Shown: piece by piece, positions 13,100 to 26,138 of the stretch
Layout of the letters: each line of letters starts with the position of its first letter
How positions within the stretch are numbered: position 1 is the first letter of the stretch
From: Felis catus
Taxonomy: Eukaryota
Length of the DNA: 64,000 nucleotides
Reading direction: 5' to 3'
NCBI RefSeq assembly: GCF_018350175.1
Contig: NC_058368.1
Coordinates: 86,306,001-86,370,000 of the forward strand
Program-made: the position numbers and the translations under genes
Notes under the pieces: generated by a model
Told to the model about the DNA's origin: nothing
The model's database searches: none
What the model saw: the letters and a program-made list of their open reading frames with translations, nothing else

Positions 13100-16000
13100 A
13101 AAGAAGTAAAAGATTGGCCATAAATACATATCTATCAATAATTACTTTGAATGTAAATAGACTAACTTCTGCAATCAAAAGGCATAGGGTGAAGGAATGG
13201 GGAAAAAACAAGCTCTATCTCTATGCTGTCTAAAATAGTCTCATCAGTCCTAAAGACTCATGCAGATTGAAAGAAAAGGGAATGAGAAGAATTCATTATG
13301 AAAAAAGATTGTTAATAGAAAGCAGTGATAGTAATACTTATATGGGACCAAATAGGCTAAAAAAGAAAGACTGTAAAGAGAGACAAAGAAGGAAAATACA
13401 TAATCAGAAATGGAACAATCTAACAAGAAGATATAACAATTGTAAATATTTATGCACTCAACATGGAGGTATCCAAATTATAAAGCAGTTAATAACAAAC
13501 ACAAAGGAGGTAATTAAGAGTAATATAATAATAATAGGGGACATTAAAATTTCACAGAGATCAGTGGACAGATCAAACAGAAAATCAACAAGGAAACAGT
13601 AGCTTTGATTGATTTTTGGACCAGAGAGATTTAACAGATATATTCAGAACTTTCTATTCTAAAACAGGAGAATACACATTCTTTCAAAAGCATACGGAAT
13701 ATTCTCCAGAATAGATCACATATTAGATCACAAACAATTCTCCCCAAATTAAAACAAGATAGAAGTCATACTGCACATATTTCTGATCACAACTCCACGA
13801 AAGCAGAAATCAACCACAAGATTAAATACGGAAAGAGCTAAAACAAGTGGAGATTAAATAATATGCTTCTAAACAGTTAATGGTTTAACAAAGAAAACAA
13901 GGAGGAAGTTATAGAATGCATGAAATGAAAATAAAAACATAATGGTCCAAAATATTTAGGATGCAGGAAAAGCTGTTGTAATTGGGAAGTTTATGGCAAT
14001 AAAGGCCTACCTCATGAAGCATGACTAATCTCAAATAAAAACATAATCTTTCACATAAAGGAAGTAAAAAACAAACAAACCAAAGAAAACAAAAGCAGTA
14101 GAAGGAAGTAAACAATAAGTATTAGAACAGGAAAAAGTATTAGAACAGAAATAAAGACATTAAAAGCAAAAGAAAAAAAAAGAAAAAAAAAAAAAAAAAG
14201 AAAAACAAGCCAAAATGGAACAGAACAAAGAAACAGAGACTGGTTCTTTGACAAGATCAACAAAATGGATAAACCTTTACCAGACTCAAAAAAAAAAAAA
14301 AAAAAAAAGTAAGCAACTCAGGTTAACAAAATCACAAATAAAAGAGGAGAAATAACAACTGCCACCACAGAAATATACAGGATAAAAAGAGAATATTATA
14401 AAAAGTTAAGTATCAATAAATTGGACAAACTAGAAGAAGTTTATCCTAAACACACGTAACTTTCCAAAGCTGAATCAGAATGAAATAGAAAAATTTGAAC
14501 AGACTGTTTACCAGCAGTGAAATTAAATCATTAATCAGAGAAGTCTCAAGTAACAAAAGTCCAGGACCAGATGGTTTCACAGGTGAATTCTGCCAAGCAT
14601 TTAAAGGAGATGGATTACATATTCTTCTCCAAATATTGCAGAATTTAACCAAAGGAAGGAAAATGTCCAAATTCATTTTATGATCACAGAATTACCCTGA
14701 TACCAAAACCAGATAACCCCAGTATAACCAAAAAAGAATGGCAGGCCAGTATCTCTAATATACATGCAAACATTTCTCAACAAAATATCAACAAACAGAA
14801 TCCACCAATACATTTAGAAAGTCATTTACCACAATCAAGTTGGATTAATTTGTGGGATGCAAAACTGGTACAATATTTTCAAATTAATGTGATTCATTAC
14901 ATCAAAATAAAACATAAAAAAATGCAATCATTTCAATAGATTCAGAGAAAACATCTACAAACTAGAACATCCATTCATGATAAAAACCCTCAACAAACTA
15001 GGTTTCAAGGGAACATAACACTCCCTAATAAACGTTGTATATGGAACAACAACAACAACAAAGCACAGCAAGTATCTTACTCTAGGGAAAAACTTTAAGT
15101 ATTTCACCTAAAATTAGGAATATGACAAAGATTTTCAGGTCTTAAGGTCCTAGCCAATGAGACAAAAAACAGGAATAAAGATATCCAAAATGGTAATGAA
15201 GGAGTAAAACTTTAAACATGTATTGATGACATACATGATACTATATAAAAAACCATCAGGACTTAACAAACAGCACCAGAACTGAAAGGAATTCTGTAAG
15301 TTTGTAGGACAAAAATAAGTGGTCAGAAATCCATTGCATTTATGTATTCCACTAATGAAATAACAGAAAGATAATTAAAAAAAATGAATCTCATTTGCTA
15401 TTGCACCAAATATCATATAATATCTAGGAATAAACTTGATCAAGTAGGCTAAACACTTGTACTCTGTAAACTATAAAATACTGATAAAAGAAATTGAAGA
15501 TGAAACAAACACATGGAAAGACATTGCATCCTCATGGATTGGAAGAACAAATAATGCTAAAGTGTGTGTAACTGCATAAAGCATCTACACATTAAGTACA
15601 ATCCATTTTTAATGGATTACCAACAACATTTTTCACAGAATTTGAAGAAACAATCCTACAATTTATATGGAATCACCAAAGACCCTGGATAGACAAAGCA
15701 CTCTTGAAAATGAAAAACAAAGCTAGAGGTATCAAAATTCCAGATTTCGAGTTCTATTATAAAGTTGTAGTAGTACACTATGGCACTGGCATAAAAATAT
15801 ATTCATGAATCAATGGAACAGAATAGAAACCCAGAAATAAGCCCACATTAACATGTCAACTAATATTTGACAAAGTAGGAAAGAATATCCCATGGGAAAA
15901 GACAATCTCTTCAACAAATAATGTTGGGGAAACTGGACAGCTCCATGCAAAAGTAACCATGCAAAGTTGGACCACTTTCTTACACCATACAAAAAAAAAA

Positions 16001-16610
16001 AAAATCAACTCAAAATATATTAAGTAGTTACATTTGGGACCTGAAATCATAAAAGTCCTAGAAGGGAACACAAATAGTAATTTCTCTGACATCAGATATA
16101 GCAACATTTTTCTAGATATGTCTCCTGAGATAAGAGAAACAAAAACAAAAATGAACTTTGGGATTACATCAAAATAAAACCTTTCTGAACAACAAAAGAA
16201 ACAGTTAAAAAACGTAAAAGACAACCTATTGAAGGAGAGAGGCTATTTGCAAATGAATATCAGATAAATGGTTATTCTTTATAATATATAAAGATTTTAC
16301 ACAATGAAACACCAAAAGAAACAAATAATTCAGTAAAAAATAGGCAGGACACTAAGCAATATAATCTAGTCAGAAAAAGACAAAACTATATGATTTCATT
16401 AATATGTAGAATTATGAAACACATAAAATGAAAACAGATGGTTACCAGAGGGGAGGTGGGTTGGGGGATAGGTGAAATAAGTGTAAGGGATTAAGAGTAC
16501 AATTATCTTGATAGGAACAGAGTAATATGAACAGTTGTTGAATCACTAAATTGTAGATCTCAAACTAATATAACACTGTACGTTAACTATAATTGAATTA
16601 ATATAGAAAA
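13100..16610 (+). mobile_element. Degraded L1 ORF2 + 3'UTR (mate ~51600-55010, minus)
   Basis: EN N-terminus (SIITLNVN) at ~13135, [13 protein letters not shown] at ~14550, 3'UTR at ~16400-16600. Confidence 0.9.
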
Positions 16611-16616
16611 TAAATC

Positions 16617-16794
16617 AGGGCACTTTGGTGGCTTAGTTGGTTAAAGGTACAACTTTGGCTTAGGTCATGCTCTCATGGTTCATGCATTCAAACCCTGGGG
16701 CCAGGCTCTGTACTGATAGTTCAGAGCTTGGATCCTGCTTTGGATCCTATGTCTCCCTCTCTCTGCCCCTCCTCTGTCTGTCTCTCTATCTCAA

Positions 16795-16829
<35 letters not shown>

Positions 16830-16830
16830 A
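16617..16830 (+). mobile_element. Can-SINE, shared with 51340-51595
   Basis: gggcactttggtggcttagttggttaa head, (TAAA)n tail. Confidence 0.9.
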
Positions 16831-16904
16831 ATACATACACAACAAAAAATAAATAAATGTGATCATTGATTTAATTTAATTTAATCATTGATTTCAGATC
16901 TATG

Positions 16905-18376
16905 TGTCATCAGGGATATGCAAATTAAAAGAGAAATAAGATAACATTTCATACGTATTTGGTTAAAATCCAGAACACTAACAATTCTAAATGCTGCTGA
17001 AGACGTGGCACAATAGGAGGTATCATTTGTTGCTGGGAAGTTTGCAAAATGACACAATCACTTTGGAAGATAGTTTGATAATTTCTTAATGAATAAGCTA
17101 AACATATTTTAAAACAACCCAGCAGTCATTAACTTGAAAATATGTCCACACAAAAATGTACACATGATGTTTATGGAAGCTTTATTTATAATTCTAAAAC
17201 TTGAAAGCAAACAGGATGTTCTTCATTTGATGAACTGATACACTGTGGTGCATCCAAACAATGAAATATTATTCAGTGATAAAATGACATAAGCTATCAA
17301 TTCATGAAAAAGCATGGAGGAACTCTAATGCATATTATTAATTGAAAGAAGCCAATCTGAAAAGACTGTATATACTATGTAATTTCAACAATACAATATT
17401 CTGGAAAAAGCAGAACTATGGAGACATTAAAAGTTCAGTAGCTGCCAGTGTCATGAGTAGGAGAGGAATGAATTGGCAGAGCACAGGTTTTAAAGGCAGT
17501 AAAACTACTTGTGTGGTACTATAGTGATGGATACAAGGGGAAGTCTGTATAAACTTAGAGATGGCATTTTTTTCAAATGCCTGTTTTTTTTTTTGACAAA
17601 AACAAGAAAATAATCGTAAGGCTTACAAAGAAGTAGGAAAAGATGGACCATACTTTGAAAAAAAAAATACATCGATAGAAAATGTCTCTGAAAAAACACA
17701 GAAGAATTGCTAGACAAAATATTAAACTGTCTTTAATATAATCAGATGGGCAAATAAAAAAAATAAGTCAAGGATTTTGTTTAAAATGGCATATAAATAA
17801 AATGCGAATATCAAAAAAAGAGATGGGAATCCTAAAAAAGAAACAAATCATAAATTCTAAAGCTGAAAAGTACAAAAACTGCAATGAAAATTTACCAGAG
17901 AGATAAAATGGAAGATTTAAACAGTCAGAAAAAAAATAAGGAAGACAAAGTCGGGAACATATATGTAAATTCTGAGAACAGAAAGACCAAAGAATGAAGG
18001 GGAACATAACAAAGAGTTTAAGTGGGAGTTCATCAAGTGGAACAATACATGCATTATAGGAGTCCCAGAGGAAATTAAAGTAAAAGGGGCAGAGAGATTG
18101 CTTGAATAAAAAATAGGTAAATCTTAAATATGATGAAAGACATGAATATAAAATCCAAGAAACTCGAGAAACTCAACAAACTGCAGATAGGATAACCTCA
18201 AAAAGATTCACTAACAGCTATAATTAATCAAACTACCAAAGATGGAAGGAAACTATTGAAAACAGCAAGACATAAGAAACTTGTCAAATTTAAGATTGTC
18301 AGTAAGATTATCTGTTGAGTTCTCAGCAGAGATTGAGAATTGAACATGATGAGAAATATATTAAAAATGATGACAG
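16905..18376 (+). mobile_element. Old L1M-type fragments (ORF2 3' end/3'UTR then ORF1-like), ending abruptly at 18376
   Basis: L1 3' motifs (caatcactttggaagatagtttg; gaaagaagccaatctgaaaag) and ORF1-like ataggagtcccagagg. Confidence 0.65.
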
Positions 18377-20657
18377 CATTCTTATCAATAAGGTTGCTTA
18401 TGTTTATGAGTAATTGTTTTATATATTTGGGGGCTCCGGTATTTGGCACATAGACATTTATAATTGTTAGCTCTTCCTGGTGGATAGACCCTGTAATTAT
18501 TATATAATGCCCTTCTTCATCTCTTGTTACAGCCTTTAATTTAAAGTCTAGTTTGTCTGATATAAGTATGGCTACTCCAGCTTTCTTTTGGCTTCCCATA
18601 GCATGATAAATAGTTCTCTATCCCCTCACTCTCAATCTAAAGGTGTCCTCAGATCTAAAATGAGTCTCTTGTAGACAGCAAATAGATGGGTCTTGTTTTT
18701 TTATCTATTCTGATACCCTATGTCTTTTGGTTGGTGCATTTAATCCATTTACATTCAGTGTTATCATATAAAGATGCAGGTTTAGAGTCATTGTGATGTC
18801 TATATGATTTATGCTTGTAGTGATGTCTCTGGTACTTGGTCTCACAGGATCCCCCTTAGGATCTCTTGTAGGGCTGGTTTAGTGGTGACAAATTCCTTCA
18901 GTTTTTGTTTGTGTGGGAAGACCTTTATCTCTCCTTCTATTCTAAATGACAGACTTGCTGGATAAAGGATTCTCGGCTGCATATTTTTCCTGTTCAGCAA
19001 ATTAAAGATCTCGTGCCAATCCTTTCTGGCCTGCCAAGTTTCAAAAGAGAGATCAGTCACCAGTCTTATAGGTCTCCCTTTATATGTTAGGGCATGTTTA
19101 TCCCTTGCTGCTTTCAGAATTTTCTCTTTATCCTTGTATTTTGCCAGCTTCACTATGATATGTTGTGCAGAAGATCGATTTAAGTTACGTCTGAAGGGAG
19201 TTCTCTGTGCCTCTTGGATTTCAATGCCTTTTTCCTTCCCCAGTTCAGGGAAGTTCTCAGCTATGATTTCTTCAAGTACCCCTTCAGCACCTTTCCCTCT
19301 CTCTTCCTCCTCTGGGATACCTATTATGCGTATATTATTTCTTTTTAGTGTATCACTTAATTCTCTAATTTTCCCCTCATACTCCTGGATTTTTTTTTAT
19401 CTCTCTTTTACTCAGCTTCCTCTTTTTCCATAACTTTATCCTCTAGTTCACCTATTCTCTCCTCTGCCTCTTCAATCCGAGCCGTTGTGGTTTCCATTTT
19501 GTTTTGCATTTCGTTTAAAGCGTTTTTCAGCTCCTCGTGACTGCTCCTTAGTCCCTTGATCTCTGTAGCAAGAGATTCTCTGCTGTCCTCTATACTGTTT
19601 TCAAGCCCAGCGATTAATTTTATGACTATTATTCTAAATTCACTTTCTGTTATATTATTTAAATCTTTTTTGATCAGTTCATTAGCTGTTGTTGTTTCCT
19701 GGAGATTCTTCTGAGGGGAATTCTTCTGTTTGGTCATTTTGGATAGTCCCTGGGGTGGTGTGGACCTGCAGGGCACTTCCCCTGTGCTGTGGTATATAAC
19801 TGGAGCTGGTGGGCGGAGCCGTAGTCAGCCCTGATGTCTGCCCCCAGCCCACCGCTGGGGCCACAGTCAGACTGGTGTGTGCCTTCTCTTCCCTTCTCCT
19901 AGGGGCGGGATTCACTGTGGGGTGGAGTGGCCCGTCTGGGCTACTTGCACACCGCCAGGCTTGTGGTGCTGGGGATCTGGTGTATTAGTTGGGGTGGGTA
20001 GGCAAGGTGTGCGGGGGCAGGAGGGGCAGGATTAGCTAGCTTCTCCTTAGGTGATCCACTTGAGGAGGGGCCCTGTGGCAGCCGGAGGGAGTCAGACCCG
20101 CTGCTGGAGGGGTGGCTCCGCAGAAGCACAGCGTTGGGTATTTGCGCTGAGGGAGCAAGTTCCCTGGCAGGAACTGGTTCCCTTTGGGATTTTGGCTGGG
20201 GGATGGGTGAGGGAGATGGCGCTGGCGAGCACCTTTGTTCCCCACCAAACTGAGCTCTGTCGTCGTGGGGCTCAGCAACTCTCCCTCCCTTCCTCCTCCA
20301 GCCTTCCCGATTTCTGAGCAGAGATGTTCACTTATGACCTCCCAGATGCTAAGTCGCACTTGCTGTGGGAACACACTCTGTCTGTCCCCTCCGCTTTTGC
20401 AAGCCAGACTCGGGGGCTCTGCTTGGCCTGCAGGCTGCCCCTCCGCCCTGGCTCCCTCCCACCAGTTCGTGCAGCACTCACTGCCTCTCAGCCCTTCCTA
20501 CCCTCTTCCATGGGCCTCTCTTCTGCGCTGGGCTCCCGATACTCCGTTCTGCTAGTCTTCTGGAGGTTTTCTGGGTTAGTTAGGCAGGTGTAGGTGGAAT
20601 CTAAGTGATCAGCAGGACACGCGGTGAGCCCTGCATCCTCCTACGCCGCCATCTTCC
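18377..20657 (-). mobile_element. Second felid-type L1 5' portion (5'UTR, ORF1 18842-19737, ~415 bp of ORF2 from ATG 18791); lacks its 3' end
   Basis: Closely similar to 325-2600; intact YY1-type 5' motif AAGATGGCGG (gccgccatctt at 20645-20655). Confidence 0.95.
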
Positions 20658-20664
20658 CTGAAAA

Positions 20665-22330
20665 GTCAGAATTCCTTTTTAAAGATTTTCCTTCATGAAA
20701 CTTCTACAACTTTTCTTTGAATTTTGATTTTGTCCCAAGCCATTTCTCTCCAAATAACCAGTATCATTTAGGACAAAATTACTTTCTTTTACTTTCAACA
20801 AAAATATATCTCCATGCCTTTCTTTCATATCTCCTACTTTCCTACATACAGAGTTGCTTTTGTTATTTTATCACTTTCAATTACATTTAACCAATTGTGA
20901 ATTATCTGTTACATCAGAAAAATGTTTAGGTGGTAAACTTATGACTCCATTAAGCATAAAGCATGGAATTAAATATTGTTAGTTTTTGTTGCCATAAGAA
21001 GTTAGAAGCATAAGCCTATGTCCAATAAGCAATGTTTTAGCATTCCATTTAATTTGGAAGAGGTCTAAATGTCTGAAGAACTTAATTCAATTTATCATTT
21101 AAGCAAAAAGTTAAAGTTTTAGGTTATCAGAGAGGCTGAAAGCTATCTTAACAATTACCCATGAAAACTATGAGGCAAACAAAGTTAACCACTACTTTAA
21201 ATCATCGTTTTGTTAACAGACTGGAACAGAGATAACATGAGATTATCTGGCCTTTAATAAACCTGAGTAGAATAAAGTTTTATATTTAATGCTGATAACT
21301 TTAAAGACAGATCCAACAACCAAATTAGTTTAAACACCGGATATGTTTCATTTACTATTTAAATCCTGGGAAATTTGTTAAAACCTTAGGAAGTTATTAT
21401 AAAGCACATCCTAAATAGGAATACAGATAATCACAAATCTTAAAACTTTATTTATTCAACCAAGGTGGCAATGAAAGACCCTAAAGGCAAATGTATAACA
21501 TTATATAGTTGTTAGAGATACTTACCTCCTTTAACATGGAGAAGTTTTAACTAAGCATTCACAGACCTGATAAAGATAAAATCTAAAGTTTTGGTTTTCC
21601 AGCAGACAAAAGAGAAAGAAAAAAAAAAAAAGAAACAACCTTTGTTTACCTTGTCTTATCAAGAGCAGAACAGTCCAAGAAAACTGTCTTTTTTAACAGA
21701 GAGAAAAGCAGAATTTCAACCTTATACCAGTGTACTTTTAAAATTCCATTAATCTCAACCTTAGTAGAATAAAGTTTTATAATTTAAAAGACATGCCTAT
21801 CTTAACAATATTTTATCGGTGTCCCCCTAAAGGGTTACTATTGTTTTTTTTTTTTTTTTCCCTCGTGGAACCAGTAAGGAAATTTAAAGTTTAAGGAAGT
21901 GTGTTTTGCTATTTGACAGCCTGGGGAGCTGGAGTGATGTCTGAGGCATTGAAGAGTCAGATATGCAGCCGCACCCCAGGGGGTGAAAAAAATGGGAGGA
22001 AGGGGAGAGAAGGCAGGAAAGGTGAGGAGCCACCAAGAGGCCTGAAGGCAGACTGAGGCACAGAGGGCAAAGAAAAGAGTTCACATGTTCCTAAAGCCTG
22101 TCAGCTCAGAGATGAGCAGATATCAATTTTTGTTTTGTTTTGTATTATTTGTTTTGTTTTGTTTTTGTTTTCCACTAGTGGAATTAGGCAGTCCATGTTG
22201 GGCCAGAGAAAACAGGGAAGTTCCCCAAAACAAAAGGAGTTTCGGCAGATGCTTGGGAATATTCCTTAAAACCTCCATCCTGAGGCAGACTAGCCAGAGA
22301 CAATTGGCTCTAATTATCACAGTTATAAAG
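20665..22330 (-). mobile_element. Possible decayed class I ERV internal sequence (non-coding)
   Basis: General resemblance to AT-rich ERV1 internal/leader sequence; no firm protein motif. Confidence 0.35.
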
Positions 22331-22366
22331 CCAGGAAATGAATGACAGAGAAACCCTCACATACAG

Positions 22367-23339
22367 TTAACCAGAGTGTATAGGAAGAAACAGTGAGAGA
22401 GAGAGAGTCCCCTGTATTAGAGATGCCCTCTGTAAAATACATCTCACTATTTCAGTGCATTGCTTTGCTGACCATGATTGGAAGCTGGGCTCGCTGCCTT
22501 GGTTGGGAATGCCCTGTGTCAGACAGTTGTTTAAAAGACACTGGAGTAGCAGCATCAAAGTTCTGCACAGCTCTAGTTGTGCAAGCATCATGAAACTCTT
22601 GGGCACAGACAACATACTGGGCTGGGGTCCGAATGATGTTCTTTAGAGAGCCCCAGTCACAGGCACACATGGAACAAGCACCACAAATATTTTCTAAAAT
22701 ACGGATTGTAAAAGGGCTGTAATGGACATACAGCTGAACTGATCTTTGCAATTACTTTACTATTGGAAAGAGCAGGCCTTCATGGCCCAATTGCCCATTT
22801 TGCCTGACAATGGGAAACAGCTGGAGTTTACCAGCATTATGGGATTTTTTAATGTACTTTTGCACTGGGGTAAGGACTTTATCAGAGCCAGTCAGTGAGG
22901 TTTTAAGAGGCTGGATATCCTCCCACCCTCTTGGGGGAGTATCTTCTGGCTGTAAAGGAGCCAGAGGCACAGGCTGACTATAGGGGGGATCGAGGTTTTT
23001 TCCTTCTTCTTAGATAACTTTATGTCTTTGTATACATACATAGTCCGAACTCAAAGGAGGAAGTGTAGTGCAGACAATGGACCAGGTGAGGATTATTTTA
23101 GGGGGGACATTGGCCCCTTTAGAATGCCTGGCATTTAATATTTTCTCTATTTGTTCCCACACTTCAAGGGCATAAGTTCCTTGTTCTGTGAACCAAGGGC
23201 AATTTTGTTGGATAGTCAGCAATAATTTAAGGAGAGCCTTAGAGTAGAGTATTATCTGCTGTCTCCCCTAGTGACTAAAGAATTCAAACATAGCGCTTTT
23301 GTTCAGGTGCTAGGGAGTCAGAGGGAGGGAGTTTCCCAT
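22367..23339 (-). pseudogene. gag: Betaretrovirus-like (class II ERV) gag remnant: matrix and N-terminal capsid
   Basis: ATG-GGA (MGN) at 23339; MA motif IQQNCPWFTEQGT..W resembles HERV-K CPWFPEQGT; CA-like LFPIV, VQLY..YSPFT, CDW, TPAQY; several stops. Confidence 0.85.
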
Positions 23340-23576
23340 TGGAGATCTCTCAAAAAGTTCCCAGGCAGTGAATCCTAATAGAGTTTCCCTTCATCCCTTA
23401 CCTCATCAGGTAGAGACTGTACCCAATGCGTTTTTTGTTTTGTTTTGTTTTGTTTTGTTTTGTTTTTGTTTTCATTTGAGCTCCTTTACTGTTTCCGGTG
23501 TCCTGCAGTCCTCTTGTTGCACTGCTTGGCAACGTCAGCTCCCTGTCCATGTCAGCCCCAAATCCCCTTTCCTTCT

Positions 23577-23594
23577 GTCACATCAGGGTCACCA
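23577..23594 (-). promoter_or_regulatory. Retroviral primer binding site, tRNA-Trp-like
   Basis: Minus strand TGGTGACCCTGATGTGAC, 15/18 match to TGGTGACCCCGACGTGAT, 2 nt after the LTR-terminal CA. Confidence 0.75.
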
Positions 23595-23596
23595 TA

Positions 23597-24445
23597 TGTT
23601 GTAGACTCTAAGTCTAAAGGTTTCTTTTGGCCAGCAAAAGAGCAGATGCAGGATTAAAGCAAGAGATGGCTAATGTCCGGGAAAAGACAAGCGCCCTGAA
23701 TAAGGGTCCTTGCCCCACATTATTCAGATCAGAAGGCTTACAAACTTGATGGGCATGCACAGAGACAAACAAACTGGGAACATTAACGTGGAGACTTGAG
23801 GGAAGAAGGGGGTTTTGAAGATATATAGTGTTTGGGGTTCATGTCAATACAAAACAAAATCCTGGTGCCAGGCAGATGGGTAGATGGTTGTTAACAGCAG
23901 ACAGGAGGCACCCTGTCTGTTCTCTTTGTCAGCCTAGGGGATGAGACAGATAGGGGGAATAACCTCAGGGATAGCAAGGTACCTCTTCTTTTGTTAACCA
24001 TCTCAGCTCTGGGCTGCTTTACCTGCAGTGCAGTAGTCCATAGTCCAATTCACCAATTTACCTAACCTGGCCCTACTCTCCTGTGAAAGCAGCTTTTCTG
24101 CTATAGTACTAAGTTGAGGGTGGTTCCACCCTGAACATCTAATCTTGTTTATTTTATATAGCTATGTATTGGGCACCATTGTGCCATTTCTATTTCAGGT
24201 CTTTGCCTCTCCCTCTCTATATCGGGGGTTCTGCACCCCCTCTGTATTTTGGGGTGTCTTTGCACCTCTCTAGTCCTGACACCTTTGTGCATCCCTATTC
24301 TTGGGGTGCCTTTGCCCCCCCCCCATTCTTGGGTACCAATCTGGTTTACCAAAGCTTGGGTGTGAGCATTTCATGACTTTGTATTTCTGTATGCCTTGTT
24401 AACCCATTGGTGGATACCTGGGGATTCCTAAGCTTATCCCCCACA
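23597..24445 (-). mobile_element. 5' LTR of the class II ERV
   Basis: Starts TGTGGGGG and ends ACAACA on minus; TATA-like TATATAAA ~24153-24160; homology to the mate arm stops at 24446. Confidence 0.75.
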
Positions 24446-25397
24446 ATGATCTTTATGCCAATGAGGTATATTTTAAGGTGGAACATTTTGTTCCTTTCAA
24501 TGGCATCTTTGAAGTCACTCTTAAAGACTTTTCTACCTAATGGAAGAATAATTCTACTTTTTATGCCTGGAAGTGGGGATCAACCCTGGAAATGGGGATC
24601 AGGAGATCATAAGCAAATACTGGGCACTCCAGGCTATCAGAAATGATCTTCTGGAAATCCTTTATTCCAATAGTCTTCTGGCTCATAACAAGTGAGGAAA
24701 CTCCCACAAACATTGTGTCTGCGCCTGTTGGTCATTCCTTCCTACAAGATCTTAACATTAGGAAGAGCCACAAAGAAAGAAGACAAATTATTCATGTCTT
24801 CTGCCAGTTTTACAATAGTTTATGGGGATATAATCCATATGACGTTTAAAGCTGGGCAATCATGCTTCTCATGGGTAGAATTACCCATACTGTTCCTTCC
24901 CCACATGGTCCCTGACTTAGACTTTATGTCTTCTTTCAGTCATTTTAATTTTCATTCAGTTAGGCATTAATTGTTATCTAATGTTTCTCTTTTATAATTT
25001 AATTGTTTCATAGTTCAGACTAGAAGTTGCAAATTTTAAAGAAAGTGACATCTAATTGGTTGATTTTATAATACACACTGTATGCATTGAGAGTTTTCCT
25101 ATATAGTAAATTAACAAAATTTCATTTTTGCAAACAGGAATGAGTATTCTTTTCTGCCTCTTTTTTAGGATGGTTATCTTTTTAACAAAATACAGTGTGG
25201 CAAATGTTGTCATAATATCAAACAAAAAAAAATAATTACCTTCTTGTTGTAAGATTTAGTTTAATTCCCAGAACTCATTGTATCTGCCTTCAAAATATAG
25301 AGGAAAAAAATGATAGCTGCTGTTCAAACCAAAATACTTTTCAATCGCCAAATATTTTTTTTCTCTTATTCTGCTTTGGGTTGTTTTGTTATTCTTT

Positions 25398-25433
<36 letters not shown>

Positions 25434-25440
25434 TATGTAT

Positions 25441-25474
<34 letters not shown>

Positions 25475-25915
25475 TTTGTTGCTGTTTTTGAATCACCAAA
25501 TGTTTAGTGAGTACTTACTACGTAGTAGGATGTATGAAGTTGTATGGTTCACACAATTTGGGAACTGTTAAAAAGAGATACCAAGCCAAAAATAGTCACC
25601 TGTGCAAGCCCCATATCAGCAAGCCAAATAATCTAAATGTAGTTTCAACCTCTTCAAGGAATGTTGTCTTAAATCAGTCAATCTGTAATTTTTTAGTCAG
25701 TAGTTGTGAGACAATCTCTCTGAGAGACCCCTTAGTGTCCAAAGGAAATAAGGTAGTCAGTCTTTCCTCATCTAAGCCCCCTTCTGTGTATAAAAGCTCT
25801 CATTTTGTACAGTGTCTTAGACCTCCTTTCAGTTTGTTGGAAGGGATGCTGCCTAATGTATGAATCATCAAAGAAAGCCAACTTGATCTTTAAATTTACT
25901 TGGTTGTATTTTTTT
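24446..25915 (+). repeat. Inner inverted duplication, left arm (mate ~34602-36035)
   Basis: e.g. 24545-24685 is the reverse complement of 35795-35937; 25545-25715 matches 34808-34978. Confidence 0.93.
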
Positions 25916-26138
25916 TAAGTTTATTTATTTATTTTTGAAAAAGAGAATGGGAGTGTGCACATGATGGGTGCACAAGTGAGGGAGGGGCAAATACAGAAGG
26001 ATAAAGAGAATCCCAATCAGGCTCAGTGCTGTCATTGCAGAACCTGATGTGGGTGCCAATCCCATGAACATTGAGATAATGACCTGAGCCCAAATCAAGG
26101 GTTGGACACTTAATCGACTGAGCTACCCAAGTGCCCCT
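25910..26138 (-). mobile_element. Older Can-SINE inside the ERV LTR (absent from the mate arm)
   Basis: Reverse SINE body ending caagtgcccc. Confidence 0.88.

Larger units (their letters stand above)
8365..16905 (+). repeat. Outer inverted segmental duplication, left arm (mate ~51283-59790)
   Basis: Colinear reverse-complement matches across many repeat junctions, e.g. 9190-9300 vs 58755-58865, 8600-8670 vs 59540-59615, 10400-10520 vs 57560-57690, 16850-16905 vs 51283-51320. Confidence 0.95.

Noticed and set aside
22975..22995. Gag late-domain motif
   Set aside because: Reads LDPPYS, not a canonical PPxY; too degraded to claim
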